A stretch of DNA of 53,823 nt, filler included, from Squatina squatina (taxonomy: Eukaryota), in NCBI GenBank assembly GCA_031763465.1. It is 3 parts of 3 records of this genome, joined end to end, with 100 filler letters (N's around TTAATTAATTAA, not from the genome) between each part and the next. Parts side by side here need not be neighbours in the genome. Positions count along the whole stretch, not along the records: positions 39,129 to 53,823 come from JARFOE010000219.1; 2 more parts are not named here. One strand, given 5' to 3'. How positions within the stretch are numbered: position 1 is the first letter of the stretch; every line of letters begins with the position of its first letter. This document shows positions 40,481 through 51,288 of the stretch, one piece after another. The translations under genes and the position numbers were made by a program. Below the pieces are notes generated by a model. It saw only the letters and a program-made list of their open reading frames with translations. It did no database searches and was not told the DNA's origin.

Positions 40481-40890
40481 AACGTGGATGCCATGAAAAC
40501 TCAAGGGCCGCACGTAGGGATGGACAATAAATGCTGCCCTTAGCAGCCACGCCCACATCCCAGGAACTAATAAACAAAAAATCCATGGCCAATCCAGTGC
40601 CGCTAGAAGTCAGAATAGCTACAACTGATGCCTTGCCTGGCCTTACACTGTGTTTTTCAGATGGCCCTGTGGAGGGGGCGGGGTGAGAACCGCGCCTATT
40701 CCCACCCCGACAAGGCCATCGATTGTAAAGGGGTGGGGCCAGGGGCTCCCAAAATTGGGCTTCAAATTGCTGCAAAGTGCAGTGCCTGTCGCTACGCAAG
40801 CAAATTGTGGCAGCCATTTTGCAGTTTGCAAGATTCCATGGGCAGTCAGTTATGCGTTCGATTGAAGGCGGGTGGAACGTCAGTCAGGGC

Positions 40891-41160
40891 TAGGGTTGCC
40901 AACTCTCCTGGATTGTCCTGGAGTCTCCAGGGATTAAAGGCTGTGAGGAACCCAGGTGAGAAAAACCATAGGGTCTTTAAAAACACGGGTGTTTTCTATT
41001 TTTCCTTGAACACTTTTGTTTACATAGAAACATAGTTTATTAGTTATAGAAATAGCGAAGACTGGGGGAAAATGGCTGTTTGATCGGGCGGGATGGTCAG
41101 AGGCAGGAGGTCAAATGTTGAAACCTCCAGGAATATGTCCAACCACAGTTGGCAACCCGA
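40891..41160. mobile_element. 270-bp MITE / non-autonomous DNA transposon with ~30-bp imperfect TIRs
   Basis: Left end TAGGGTTGCCAACTCTCCTGGATTGTCCTGGAG; right end CTCCAGGAATATGTCCAACCACAGTTGGCAACCCGA. Termini are hAT-like; no clear target-site duplication. Confidence 0.7.
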
Positions 41161-41993
41161 GCCATTGTACTAGGAGAACTCACTGCTGCTCTTTTGAATT
41201 ACGCCACAGGATCTTTTATCAGCCGTCCGAAAGCTGGCACAGGCAGACAAGGCCAAAAAGACGCATTTGCTTTTTCCCCAACAACTGTAGATTCTTACTC
41301 TGCCCACAAGACCTCTTGAGCTGTTTCATATCGAAAGTTTACTGAATTTAGAAGAAGGTTCAGAATTTTTTTTGTTGCACATTATTAGATTTTGTGCAGA
41401 AGTCGAAATGTTTCAATGGGCCAAGTTCAGTGCTCAAAGAACCTTAAAGATCTAATCTCACTGCTCGGTGCCTTCATCTAAAAAAAAATGTAAGTCAGCA
41501 AAATTAGCAGATAATGCCACTTCTGGTTGCATTCCAAATCCTAACCACTCGTTGCGTAAAAAATGTATGCCCTAAATTCCAGTTTCTAATCCAATTATTT
41601 TTCTAGTCGGCCTGGTCTGTTAGAGAGAGAAGAAAATCACTCCGTGTAGAAAGTGATATACTTCATTTTCTGCTGACTTAAAGGGCAGATAAGGTATATT
41701 ACACTGAGAACCTAGCAAATCGCGGCAATGGGTTATTAAGAAGCTTGTCAGTGAATTTGAAATCTTGAGCATATTCAGTGAACTCGTTCATTAAAAGTGC
41801 CCGTCTCCCTCTGACACCCGAGTGTTGGGCAACTTTACATAATGTTCCCTACTCTCGCTGTGCAAAATGTAAGCTGACAGCTTGTTTCTGCATNNNNNNN
41901 NNNNNNNNNNNNNNNNNNNNNNNNNNNNNNNNNNNNNNNNNNNNNNNNNNNNNNNNNNNNNNNNNNNNNNNNNNNNNNNNNNNNNNNNNNNNN

Positions 41994-42140
41994 GAATGGC
42001 CTACTCCTGCTCCTATTTCTGAAGAACATAAGAAATAGGAGCAGGAGTAGACCGTTCGGCTCCTCGAGCCTGCTCCGCCATTCAATACGATCATGGTTGA
42101 TCTTTTACCTCAACGCCATTTTCCTGCACTATATCCCTTA
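41994..42140. mobile_element. Two CR1 3' tails in tail-to-tail orientation
   Basis: GAATGGCCTACTCCTGCTCCTATTTCT (41994-42020) is the near-perfect inverted copy of 42031-42057. Confidence 0.8.
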
Positions 42141-42931
42141 TGTTCTATGTTAACCTAGGGCAGCAGCAACAACAACAACTTGCATTTGTATAGTGGCGAT
42201 AATGTGGTAGAATATCCTGAGGCGCTTCACTGGAACCCTGGGCGGGGGGAGAAGAGAGGTGGGGAGGGGGGGGGGAGGAAATTGAGGATGGAGCGAGGGA
42301 GGATCCAAATTGGGGAGCCTTCTTCGCTCATGCCAGCGAGTGTGTTTAAGCAGCCCTCCTATGTGTCTGTTTAGATTTTGACATTCCTTCCCAGGGTTGC
42401 CTGAGTAATGAATGAACTGGTAACACTTTCGAAGCGGCTCGCTTCGCTGCACTGACACCGAGTGTTTCGGGGGATCTGCCGCGATCGAGTGTGCATGGGC
42501 TGCTCCAGGTGCGCTCTGTGTGCTGCAGTGAGGCAGAGCATGACTTGCAATGCCACCAGGAATAGTCACGACTGTGTCAGAGCCACGAGCATGCTGTTGT
42601 GTTAATTGAAAGATCTCTAATTTGCACTGGGGACTTCCCTGATTGACTTAATTTTGTGGAACATTCTTCATGATTATGCAAATGATTTGCTGTCAGGAAG
42701 GCGTTCTGCGACTTGCCGTGTGAATTGTTTGGTTATTTCAGAGGAGCTCCAAAAGATCCCGTTTATTGCTGCGCGATTCGATGAGGTAACTCGCTGCCGA
42801 TAACTTCAGCTTTGAAATGGCCTCTCTCGGCNNNNNNNNNNNNNNNNNNNNNNNNNNNNNNNNNNNNNNNNNNNNNNNNNNNNNNNNNNNNNNNNNNNNN
42901 NNNNNNNNNNNNNNNNNNNNNNNNNNNNNNN

Positions 42932-43118
42932 CGACCTCAACTCCACTTTGCCACCTGATCCCCATATCCCTTGATTTTCCTAGAGTCCAAAAATCTATCT
43001 ATCTCAGCCTTGAATATACTCAACGACTCAGCATCCACTGCCCTCTGGGGGAGAGAATTCCAAAGATTCACAACCCTCTGAGTAAAGAAATTCCTCCTCA
43101 TCTCAGTCCTAAATAGCC
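42932..43118 (-). mobile_element. CR1 LINE 3' fragment
   Basis: Colinear with 40254-40480 (CTCTGGGG.AGAGAATTCCAAAGATTCACAACCCTCTGAGT). Confidence 0.8.
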
Positions 43119-43205
43119 GATACTTGAAACTTAGGAAAAGCTAGCCAAAGAAACTGGCCAACCCTGATGCAACCACCATTTTAAGTTTTGATAAANNNNN
43201 NNNNN

Positions 43206-43495
43206 CCGAGCTCCCGTCTGTCTATTCAGGTGGCTGCGAAAGATCCCACAGCACTATTTCGAAGAAGAGCTGGGCAGCTCTCCTCGGTGCCCTGGCCAAT
43301 ATTTATCTCTCAACCAACATCACTAAGAAAACAGATGATCTGGTCATTATCGCATTGCTATTCGTGGGAGCTTGCAGTGCCCAAATTAGCTGCCAGGTTT
43401 TCTACATTACAACTGTTGCTACACTTCTAAAAGTACTTCATTGGCTGTAAAGCGCTTTGGGATGTCGTGAAAGGCGCTATAGAAATGCAAGTCCT
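43206..43495 (+). mobile_element. 5'-truncated Deu-domain SINE with 3' tail
   Basis: AAAGATCCCACAGCACTATTTCGAAGAAGAGC...TTCATTGGCTGTAAAGCGCTTTGGGATGTCGTGAAAGGCGCTATAGAAATGCAAGT. Confidence 0.8.
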
Positions 43496-43571
43496 TCTTA
43501 TTTCTGTTTGAACTTGTAGAGAATCACCTGTAGTGATGTTTCCTGTGTCTTCCTCTTCTTTCTCTTTGCAG

Positions 43572-43659
43572 GTCACCGATGACCTTATCGTGTCCTCGGC
43601 CGAATGTGCGAGCGATGACGAGGACCTCGATGAGTGCGAGCCGAGCTCAGGTGGGTTAG
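43572..43659 (+). CDS. Neurexin cysteine-loop exon (79 or 88 bp depending on SS#5 donor)
   Basis: Strong polypyrimidine acceptor. [26 protein letters not shown](GGL), with donors at 43651 (GTGGGT) and 43660 (GTCAGT). Confidence 0.93.
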
Positions 43660-45534
43660 GTCAGTCCATTTTCGCTTGCTTCTTCTTCCTTTCTTTGCAA
43701 AAAATAGTTGGTGTAAAAAAAAAACCAAAATAAATAATAATAATAATTAAAGTAGAAACCAGTAGACGAGGCCTAGTCTCAGGCATCGGGTCCCATGGAG
43801 CAGTGTGGGGAAGGGAAGCGAGGAAGAACTCGAGATTAAAAAGACAACATTTTCGGACTAACCAAAAGATGAGAAAAAAAAACGAAGTTGTTTGATCAAC
43901 AGATGACAAATTGGAATTACCACCCGTCGTTCTTCTGCGACCCTCATCAGACTAAATTTGAGGCAGTGATAATGAAGATTTCACGTTAATCCTGCTAATT
44001 GTTCTCCTGCTCTTCATTGATAGCACACAGGCCCATGGGATCTCCAGTGCGGTTNNNNNNNNNNNNNNTGTGCACTAATTTTGTCGCTCCCCAAGCTGGG
44101 TCCAGCTACAGATAGCCGAAATTAGTAATGGACGGGGGCCGTGTTAATCTGACTGATGCTCCAAAATGTTGCCGTCAGTCACGCGGTTGACCTCCACCAT
44201 TGCGATGACTTGCTCCCTTTTCTTTTATCGCTTTCACACTAAAAAAAAATTTCTGTTTGCTGACGGAAGCATTTTGATTGCCACTGCCAGAAAAAAAATC
44301 GTACGATATTGAGCTGATTTATTGCAAATATTAGGCTGGTCTTTATTTCTCTCTCTCTCTCTTAAGGCTTGCCATGGGTTAGGCTATTGTAATAGAGAAC
44401 AGATATCAACGAATTTCTGTGTATGTTTTTTTTTTATTTAAACGTAGAATAACCTTTGCAGGCTTACCTACATATTTAAATATATATATATGTACATGTG
44501 TGTATGTATATATATTTATATATAAACAGTAGTGCAGATATGAAAAGAGATATTAAGCAAAAGATTTTCATAGCAAAAATATTTAAACTGGGCTTGCATT
44601 TTATTTTATTTTTTAATTAATATTAAGTAAATGTATTTGATACAGGTCGATCAAACGCCCCTAAGTCTTAAGATTCCCTGAGTTTTATTTTCTTTCTGGG
44701 GAAATCTACATATATATTTTTAAAAATTAATAAANNNNNNNNNNAAAAGACAGATTTCAACAGTCCCCCACCATCAAATCATATGTTTACACAGAAATTC
44801 ACTCCCTCATTCTAACCCCAGCATCAGCAAACTTGAACAGTTGCATGCGATGTTGTTTTATCTGTAAACGCACGCCTGGTTTTTAAGTTTGGTTTGTGTC
44901 ATTGTCAAGCGCCAGCTATATCTGACATTGCTCACTATTTCACTTCATCATGTACTGCATGTGATTTTGGTGGTAGAGAATGACAATATCAATATATATA
45001 TCTATTTCTCTCTCTACATATATATATATTATATATATATTCATATATATTTTGTAAAGAAAAAAATTCAGAATAATTTTGAACGTTTTTTTATCGAGGC
45101 TCTTTTTTTTAATAAAAAAAATCGTCGTGATTTTTTTTTGGATTGATATTTTATTCTTTTTTTTTGCAAAACATGTTTTTTTCCGCTCTAGAGGCAACAA
45201 AATCTTTTCTTGCCATCGAACCTGGCAGGAAGGGTGGTGACTTCCGCCCCGAGCTGCCAAAGAAAGTTGTGTATGACAGAACAATAAAATAGGAATTCAA
45301 TAGGTGATGCCAGTCACGACATTCTCCTCACCCCTCCCCTCCCCACACCCTGTACCTCCTCCTTGCTGTCACTGCTCTGCCTAGCCTTTACTTCAATTTG
45401 TTTTTACTTCAAAATAATTTTTTTTATTTTTTTGNNNNNNNNNNNNNNNNNNNNNNNNNNNNNNNNNNNNNNNNNNNNNNNNNNNNNNNNNNNNNNNNNN
45501 NNNNNNNNNNNNNNNNNNNNNNNNNNNNNNNNNN

Positions 45535-45703
45535 TCAGCACCCTGTAAATGTAGATGCTGTAGCTCTCCTTCCTGCTCCTGCGGTGCTTTCTGTCGCCTT
45601 TCCTGGTCATTTTCATGGCGGTTTTCTTCGAGCCCTTCTTGGAGACGGCGCCCTTGGCACTGGCGGTGGTGGAGCTGGTGGAAACAGCAGCGGCAGTCGG
45701 CAT
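45535..45703 (-). CDS. Histone H2B variant, N-terminal part (remainder lost in gap)
   Basis: MPTAAAVSTSSTTASAKGAVSKKGSKKTAMKMTRKGDRKHRRSRKESYSIYIYRVL carries the H2B motifs KKGSKK and RSRKESYS.Y.Y.VL. Confidence 0.88.
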
Positions 45704-45787
45704 CGCAAACCCTTCGGTTCCTTCTCCACGTTAACTCAGTATACAAAAACACGAAACAACATAGAACTAGCACCACCCAGCTCCTCC

Positions 45788-45839
45788 TTTATATACACTG
45801 TTTTATGCTAATGAGGGATAACAAATCGTCTGTTCCAAT
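45788..45839 (-). promoter_or_regulatory. H2B-type promoter: TATA, octamer variant and CCAAT
   Basis: Minus-strand TATATAAA at 45788-45795, with CTCATTAGCATAA (ATTAGCAT at 45805-45812; canonical ATTTGCAT) just upstream, and CCAAT on the plus strand at 45835-45839. Confidence 0.7.
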
Positions 45840-46976
45840 TGACTGCTTCTTGATATATCACATGCTCAGTCTGCACAAATCACAGTCAGGTATCACGTTT
45901 TTTTTGTCAGGAGCCGCTGCCACGCAAGGAATGGGGAAACCTTGATTTGCAGGAGCAAAATCCCGCAGCTATATATATTTATAAATGTCATTCTCTCGTG
46001 TGACATGTCCAAAAGTTAAAACAAATGGCTTATGCAAAATAAATTCATTCGAGCCACAAAAATTCTGGAACTCCCCGTAATATACAAATTAGATGGGTCT
46101 CAGAAACTATAAAGCAGATTGGCTGAGAAGAAAATCTACGCCTAATCTCTTCTGCCTCAGAAAACCCAATGCAATATTAGCTATTTACTAAAAAAAAACC
46201 ACCCTTTTCATGACTCTATAACCAGTGCATGGACTGTGATGGCGCCATTGTGTGTCTCATAGCAACCCGTACGGCATCAGTCATCCGGCCTGCAGTGTTC
46301 GTTCAGACAATTGTTTTATGAGTTGTATTTGGTGCCTGTGTCGTCGATACCTCGGAGCTGCTGCCTCTCAGTCTCCTCCTGTGTTTTTTTTCCCCCTTTG
46401 GAACTAGTGAAGTCCTTGGTTTGTGTCCGTGATTACTGTTGTCGATGTTGTGACGTCATGTGATTCTGTTCTCTGTTTTTGTAGAGATTTGTTAAAACTT
46501 TCCCCTCTTCTCCTCATCCCTTCCTTTTCCCCTCTCCCAACCCTTTCTTCAAGAGAAAAAAACAGTTCCCAAAAGGACAATAGTCAAGCATCGACTATCA
46601 AAGAAAAAGCTTAAGTACATTTGTCCAGTTTAAGACAACAATTATTGGAAGACCCCACTTCACTTGGTCCCAAGGATAGAGTTAGATGCAGTAAAGAACT
46701 TGACCAAAAGTCTGATCTTGGCACCAAGGTGTACCAAAAGAGTGGGGCTTGCTGAGTCCATCTCCTTTAGTTCCTGCTTACTCCAGGGGGCTGCTTTGTA
46801 ACAGCATGATGAGTGAATGTTCACTGTCTCTGTTGTGACTTAATTTCATTGGCTTGTTTGTTTTTGGCCATAACTGNNNNNNNNNNNNNNNNNNNNNNNN
46901 NNNNNNNNNNNNNNNNNNNNNNNNNNNNNNNNNNNNNNNNNNNNNNNNNNNNNNNNNNNNNNNNNNNNNNNNNNNN

Positions 46977-47051
46977 ATGATCGTGTTGAATGGCGGTGCA
47001 GGCTCGAAGGGCCGAATGGCCTACTCCTGCACCTATTTTCTATGTTTCTAT
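46977..47051 (+). mobile_element. CR1 LINE 3' tail
   Basis: ATGATCGTGTTGAATGGCGGTGCAGGCTCGAAGGGCCGAATGGCCTACTCCTGCACCTATTTTCTATGTTTCTATG. Confidence 0.85.
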
Positions 47052-49309
47052 GCTACGCAACATTTGTGTCAGGCACTTGCACCAAGCTGCAACTTAACTG
47101 TTTAAAAACACCCAGTGACTGCATGCCCCGCAGGCCTTTTCAACTGCTGTATTGCATATTTATAGGATTGCTCCCATGCTGTTAAAAAAAAAACTGTGCT
47201 CTCCTAACCTTTGACCTTTCTCTTCCCGCTAACCTTCTCCCGCTCTAGCTTGCTGTTCTGTTCTTAAACTTTCCCTAAATGCAACTTACTTTAAGCATGC
47301 ATTATTAACCACTTGCAATAAATATATCTGCGATTTATTTTGCAGCTTTCACCCTGCTTTTTTGACTAATGGGAGCTGATACACCCCCATAACACTGCTG
47401 GAGGATCCCAACACTTTCCAAGATACCTTACATTAAAATTATGGGACACAGTTCAGTAGATACTCCATTCATTGGCTAACGACTGCTGCTAAATTTGGCG
47501 GGAGTTTAGCGGCGGCGGTAACCCTTAGCGGCCCGCTCCGCTGTGCCGGTGATGCTGATGTCATGACTGTGTGCAGTGCCCTGAACCCTTTTGTAACATC
47601 TCCTGAAGTTGAGCCGGACGATGAGAGCGACAGCTGGTCGCAGGGCAAAACTTAAAGGGGAGCCGTGGTGCTGTTAAAAAAAGAAAATTCCCGATTTTTT
47701 CGTGCGCCACGTTGCTACTTTTATTGTGGGGGCTGCACCACGATCGGTCAGCCCGGCACTGTGCTCGAGTGCCTGGCTGTTGGCATGGCACCCCTGCTCC
47801 CCAGTGGTCCAGGTCGGATCCTTTTTTTTTTACTGCCGAGTATGCAGCTTTGGCCCTTCCCTTTAAATCAGAGAAGAGATCCTCCTACGCAGCAGCACCA
47901 TGTGGCCCAATGCATGGCGCTGCCCCCTGCTCCCGCGACATCAGCCTCACTACCACCCCAGAAAGGAAGTGGAGTGCTTCATTTAGCCCTCCACATCCTT
48001 TTGGGGGGCGGGAATCCCAATTTTTCACGAGAGGCATGACTTCTATACCTAGCGCAAAGTCTCGTGCCTCGCGAATGTTACTGTCCCCAAATGGGACGGT
48101 ACCGAATTTTTCCCCCATAAGAGAGTTCGTGACAACTCTGTGGGACAGGTTGGATGGTCCCGCAGGTCTTTAACTTTTCATTGTATGTAGAAGCTGAGAT
48201 AATACAAACATACAAAAACAATGGAAAGTACATATCACCATTAAAAAGAAACCAGCTGAGAAAATTCTTAGAATCACATTTTCTAATAAGGAGCTAGCTT
48301 CCATNNNNNNNNNNNNNNNNNNNNNNNNNNNNNNNNNNNNNNNNNNNNNNNNNNNNNNNNNNNNNNNNNNNNNNNNNNNNNNNNNNNNNNNNNNNNNNNN
48401 NNNNTGACCCATTTTCAGCCAATTCTTCTATCTCTGTTTTGACGTACATCCAGACTGCAACGCCACTCTTACACACAGAACAAAAATAAAAGTGTCCTTT
48501 CTTAAAGAAAAGGAGAAATTGTAGTAAAATAGAGATAACGTCACCTCATTTCACATGCCCCAGGTGACGGGTAAATATTTCTGTCCTCCTTACTCTGTCT
48601 GTAGCTGTGCATCTGGCTGTTCATCTATGAACGTGTGTTGGGGGAAAAAATTGCTTTGTTTTAGATTTTCCTCCCGTTCTCAGGGGGGGACAAAGAATTG
48701 TTTTTCGTCAGTAATTTTTAATGTTTGGGGCTTTTATTTTTTTTTAAATCGCTAAGATCTTTTTGATTCTAATGAACATTTTATTGAAAAAAAAAAACAA
48801 AATATATTTGTGCTGATAAATGAAAAAAAAAACGCGGAGGACAAACCACTTCAACACGTGGCGGCAGATTCCACACAGGGGCCTTTTTTTTTAAAAAAAG
48901 GAAAAAAACCTCCCGATTCTCCCTTCTCCTGTCGATTTTTTAAACCGGGCGATCGGCCCGACTGGCAGGGCCGGTCTTGACAGCTCGGGCGGGAAGTCGG
49001 CAAATGAGTCCACCTTGAACCTCCCCATCCCCTCCCCATCCAGCAGAACTTCCCTGATGTCTATCTTGTTAATCGGGTCATTCCGTTGATAAAAGGCAAA
49101 GGAGTCAGTAGCGACTAAATTAATTTTTTTTTTGTGGTAATAACGCCTGGAGTCCGGGATGTCTCCCCCGACGGTTTTCGAGATCTCCTCCCACGATTCC
49201 CGGCTTCTCCGTGATTAAAGGTCGCTGCTTTTCAGCGGCGGGATAAATAAACCAGATTCCACTTCTGTTCATTCTATGGGACGCCGAAGCTTTTCTTTTA
49301 ATCGGCGTT

Positions 49310-49332
49310 TTGTGTGTGTGTGTGTGTGTGTG
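49310..49332. repeat. (TG)n microsatellite
   Basis: Directly visible. Confidence 0.9.
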
Positions 49333-50296
49333 CGAGGCGGCGGTGGGAGTTGGTATTCCACAATTCCGTCCATTTCCTATTCCCCATCCTTCCAGGTTTT
49401 ACTGGCAGCTGAACATAGAACATAGAACATACAGCANNNNNNNNNNNNNNNNNNNNNNNNNNNNNNNNNNNNNNNNNNNNNNNNNNNNNNNNNNNNNNNN
49501 NNNNNNNNNNNNNNNNNNNNNNNNNNNNNNNNNNNNNNNNNNNNNNNNNNNNNNNNNNNNNNNNNNNNNNNNNNNNNNNNNNNNNNNNNNNNNNNNNNNN
49601 NNNNNNNNNNNNNNNNNNNNNNNNNNNNNNNNNNNNNNNNNNNNNNNNNNNNNNNNNNNNNNNNNNNNNNNNNNNNNNNNNNNNNNNNNNNNNNNNNNNN
49701 NNNNNNNNNNNNNNNNNNNNNNNNNNNNNNNNNNNNNNNNNNNNNNNNNNNNNNNNNNNNNNNNNNNNNNNNNNNNNNNNNNNNNNNNNNNNNNNNNNNN
49801 NNNNNNNNNNNNNNNNNNNNNNNNNNNNNNNNNNNNNNNNNNNNNNNNNNNNNNNNNNNNNNNNNNNNNNNNNNNNNNNNNNNNNNNNNNNNNNNNNNNN
49901 NNNNNNNNNNNNNNNNNNNNNNNNNNNNNNNNNNNNNNNNNNNNNNNNNNNNNNNNNNNNNNNNNNNNNNNNNNNNNNNNNNNNNNNNNNNNNNNNNNNN
50001 NNNNNNNNNNNNNNNNNNNNNNNNNNNNNNNNNNNNNNNNNNNNNNNNNNNNNNNNNNNNNNNNNNNNNNNNNNNNNNNNNNNNNNNNNNNNNNNNNNNN
50101 NNNNNNNNNNNNNNNNNNNNNNNNNNNNNNNNNNNNNNNNNNNNNNNNNNNNNNNNNNNNNNNNNNNNNNNNNNNNNNNNNNNNNNNNNNNNNNNNNNNN
50201 NNNNNNNNNNNNNNNNNNNNNNNNNNNNNNNNNNNNNNNNNNNNNNNNNNNNNNNNNNNNNNNNNNNNNNNNNNNNNNNNNNNNNNNNNNNNNNNN

Positions 50297-50880
50297 CAAA
50301 AAAAAAAACCAACAAAAAAAAAGATTTAATTTAAAAAAGAGAATATCGCAGCGTAAAAGATTTAAAAAAAGAAAGCATTAGATTTGTAGATATTTAACAG
50401 CAAACAAAAAAAGATAAGATGTTCAAGTTACACGATGTACAGTCTTTTTTTTGTAATACCTGAAATATTTTGAACAACAACCACAATGAAAAAGAAGGAC
50501 CTATTGATGCAGAGTTTCTTTCCATGTTGTGTGGTGTGGATGTTTATGTGTTGTTGCCTTCCCCCCTTTGTAATCATTTTGTCAGCGAGCATTTTTTTTG
50601 CTAAAGTACAAAAATTTACAACAATATAGCAAACTTGTCCAAGAGCATCTTACACAACTTTCTTTTTTATAAATTTTTTCTTCATGCCAAAATCATGCGG
50701 GCAATTTGTTGATGTAAGTTGACTAAAAATTATGTGGTGTATATTTTTATGTATATGTATATATAGATATATATATATATCGCCTCTCTTCTTGTAGGCC
50801 GTAATGCTTTTTTTAAAAAAAACGTGTGCGTGTGTGTGTTAAATTAATTTATAAAACTTGATTTTCCTCTTTTTTCTCTT
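50297..50880 (+). other. Probable neurexin 3' UTR segment
   Basis: AT-rich, downstream of a gap (49437-50296) that could hold the missing TM/PDZ exon. The block CATGCCAAAATCATGCGGGCAATTTGTTGATGTAAGTTGAC resembles a conserved neurexin UTR element from memory (unverified). Confidence 0.4.
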
Positions 50881-50981
50881 NNNNNNNNNNNNNNNNNNNN
50901 NNNNNNNNNNNNNNNNNNNNNNNNNNNNNNNNNNNNNNNNNNNNNNNNNNNNNNNNNNNNNNNNNNNNNNNNNNNNNNNNG

Positions 50982-51288
50982 CTGGCGGGGTCTATCGGCA
51001 CGTCGATAACCACGACCATGTGGACCAACCGCGAGTCGATGCACCATGCGCAGCTGACCGAAGCGGTGAACCCGTTTAACCCTAACTCGCAGCAGATGTA
51101 CAGTCAGCTTCAGGGAATGGGGATGACGGAGCAGCAGGCATCCGGCTGGATCGCCCAGCAGATCACCAACCAGGGGCTGATCATTTCGGCAAACGAAATT
51201 TTCTGGGTCTCGGCGGGGGTCTTCCTGATACTGCTTGGCCTGGTGTGGTTTGCCAAACCCCCGTTTGGTGCAGGCAGCAGCGGAGCAC
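50982..51288 (+). CDS. emrB: Bacterial (Enterobacterales) multidrug-efflux MFS permease EmrB, C-terminal fragment; probable contaminant
   Basis: LAGSIGTSITTTMWTNRESMHHAQLTEAVNPFNPNSQQMYSQLQGMGMTEQQASGWIAQQITNQGLIISANEIFWVSAGVFLILLGLVWFAKPPFGAG is nearly the E. coli EmrB C-terminus. It is GC/CpG-rich and intronless. Confidence 0.93.

Noticed and set aside
47460-48173. GC-rich region with several overlapping ORFs (similar patches at 4530-5060 and 18151-18460)
   Set aside because: No recognisable protein motif or splice pattern; probably interspersed repeat relics that I cannot classify.
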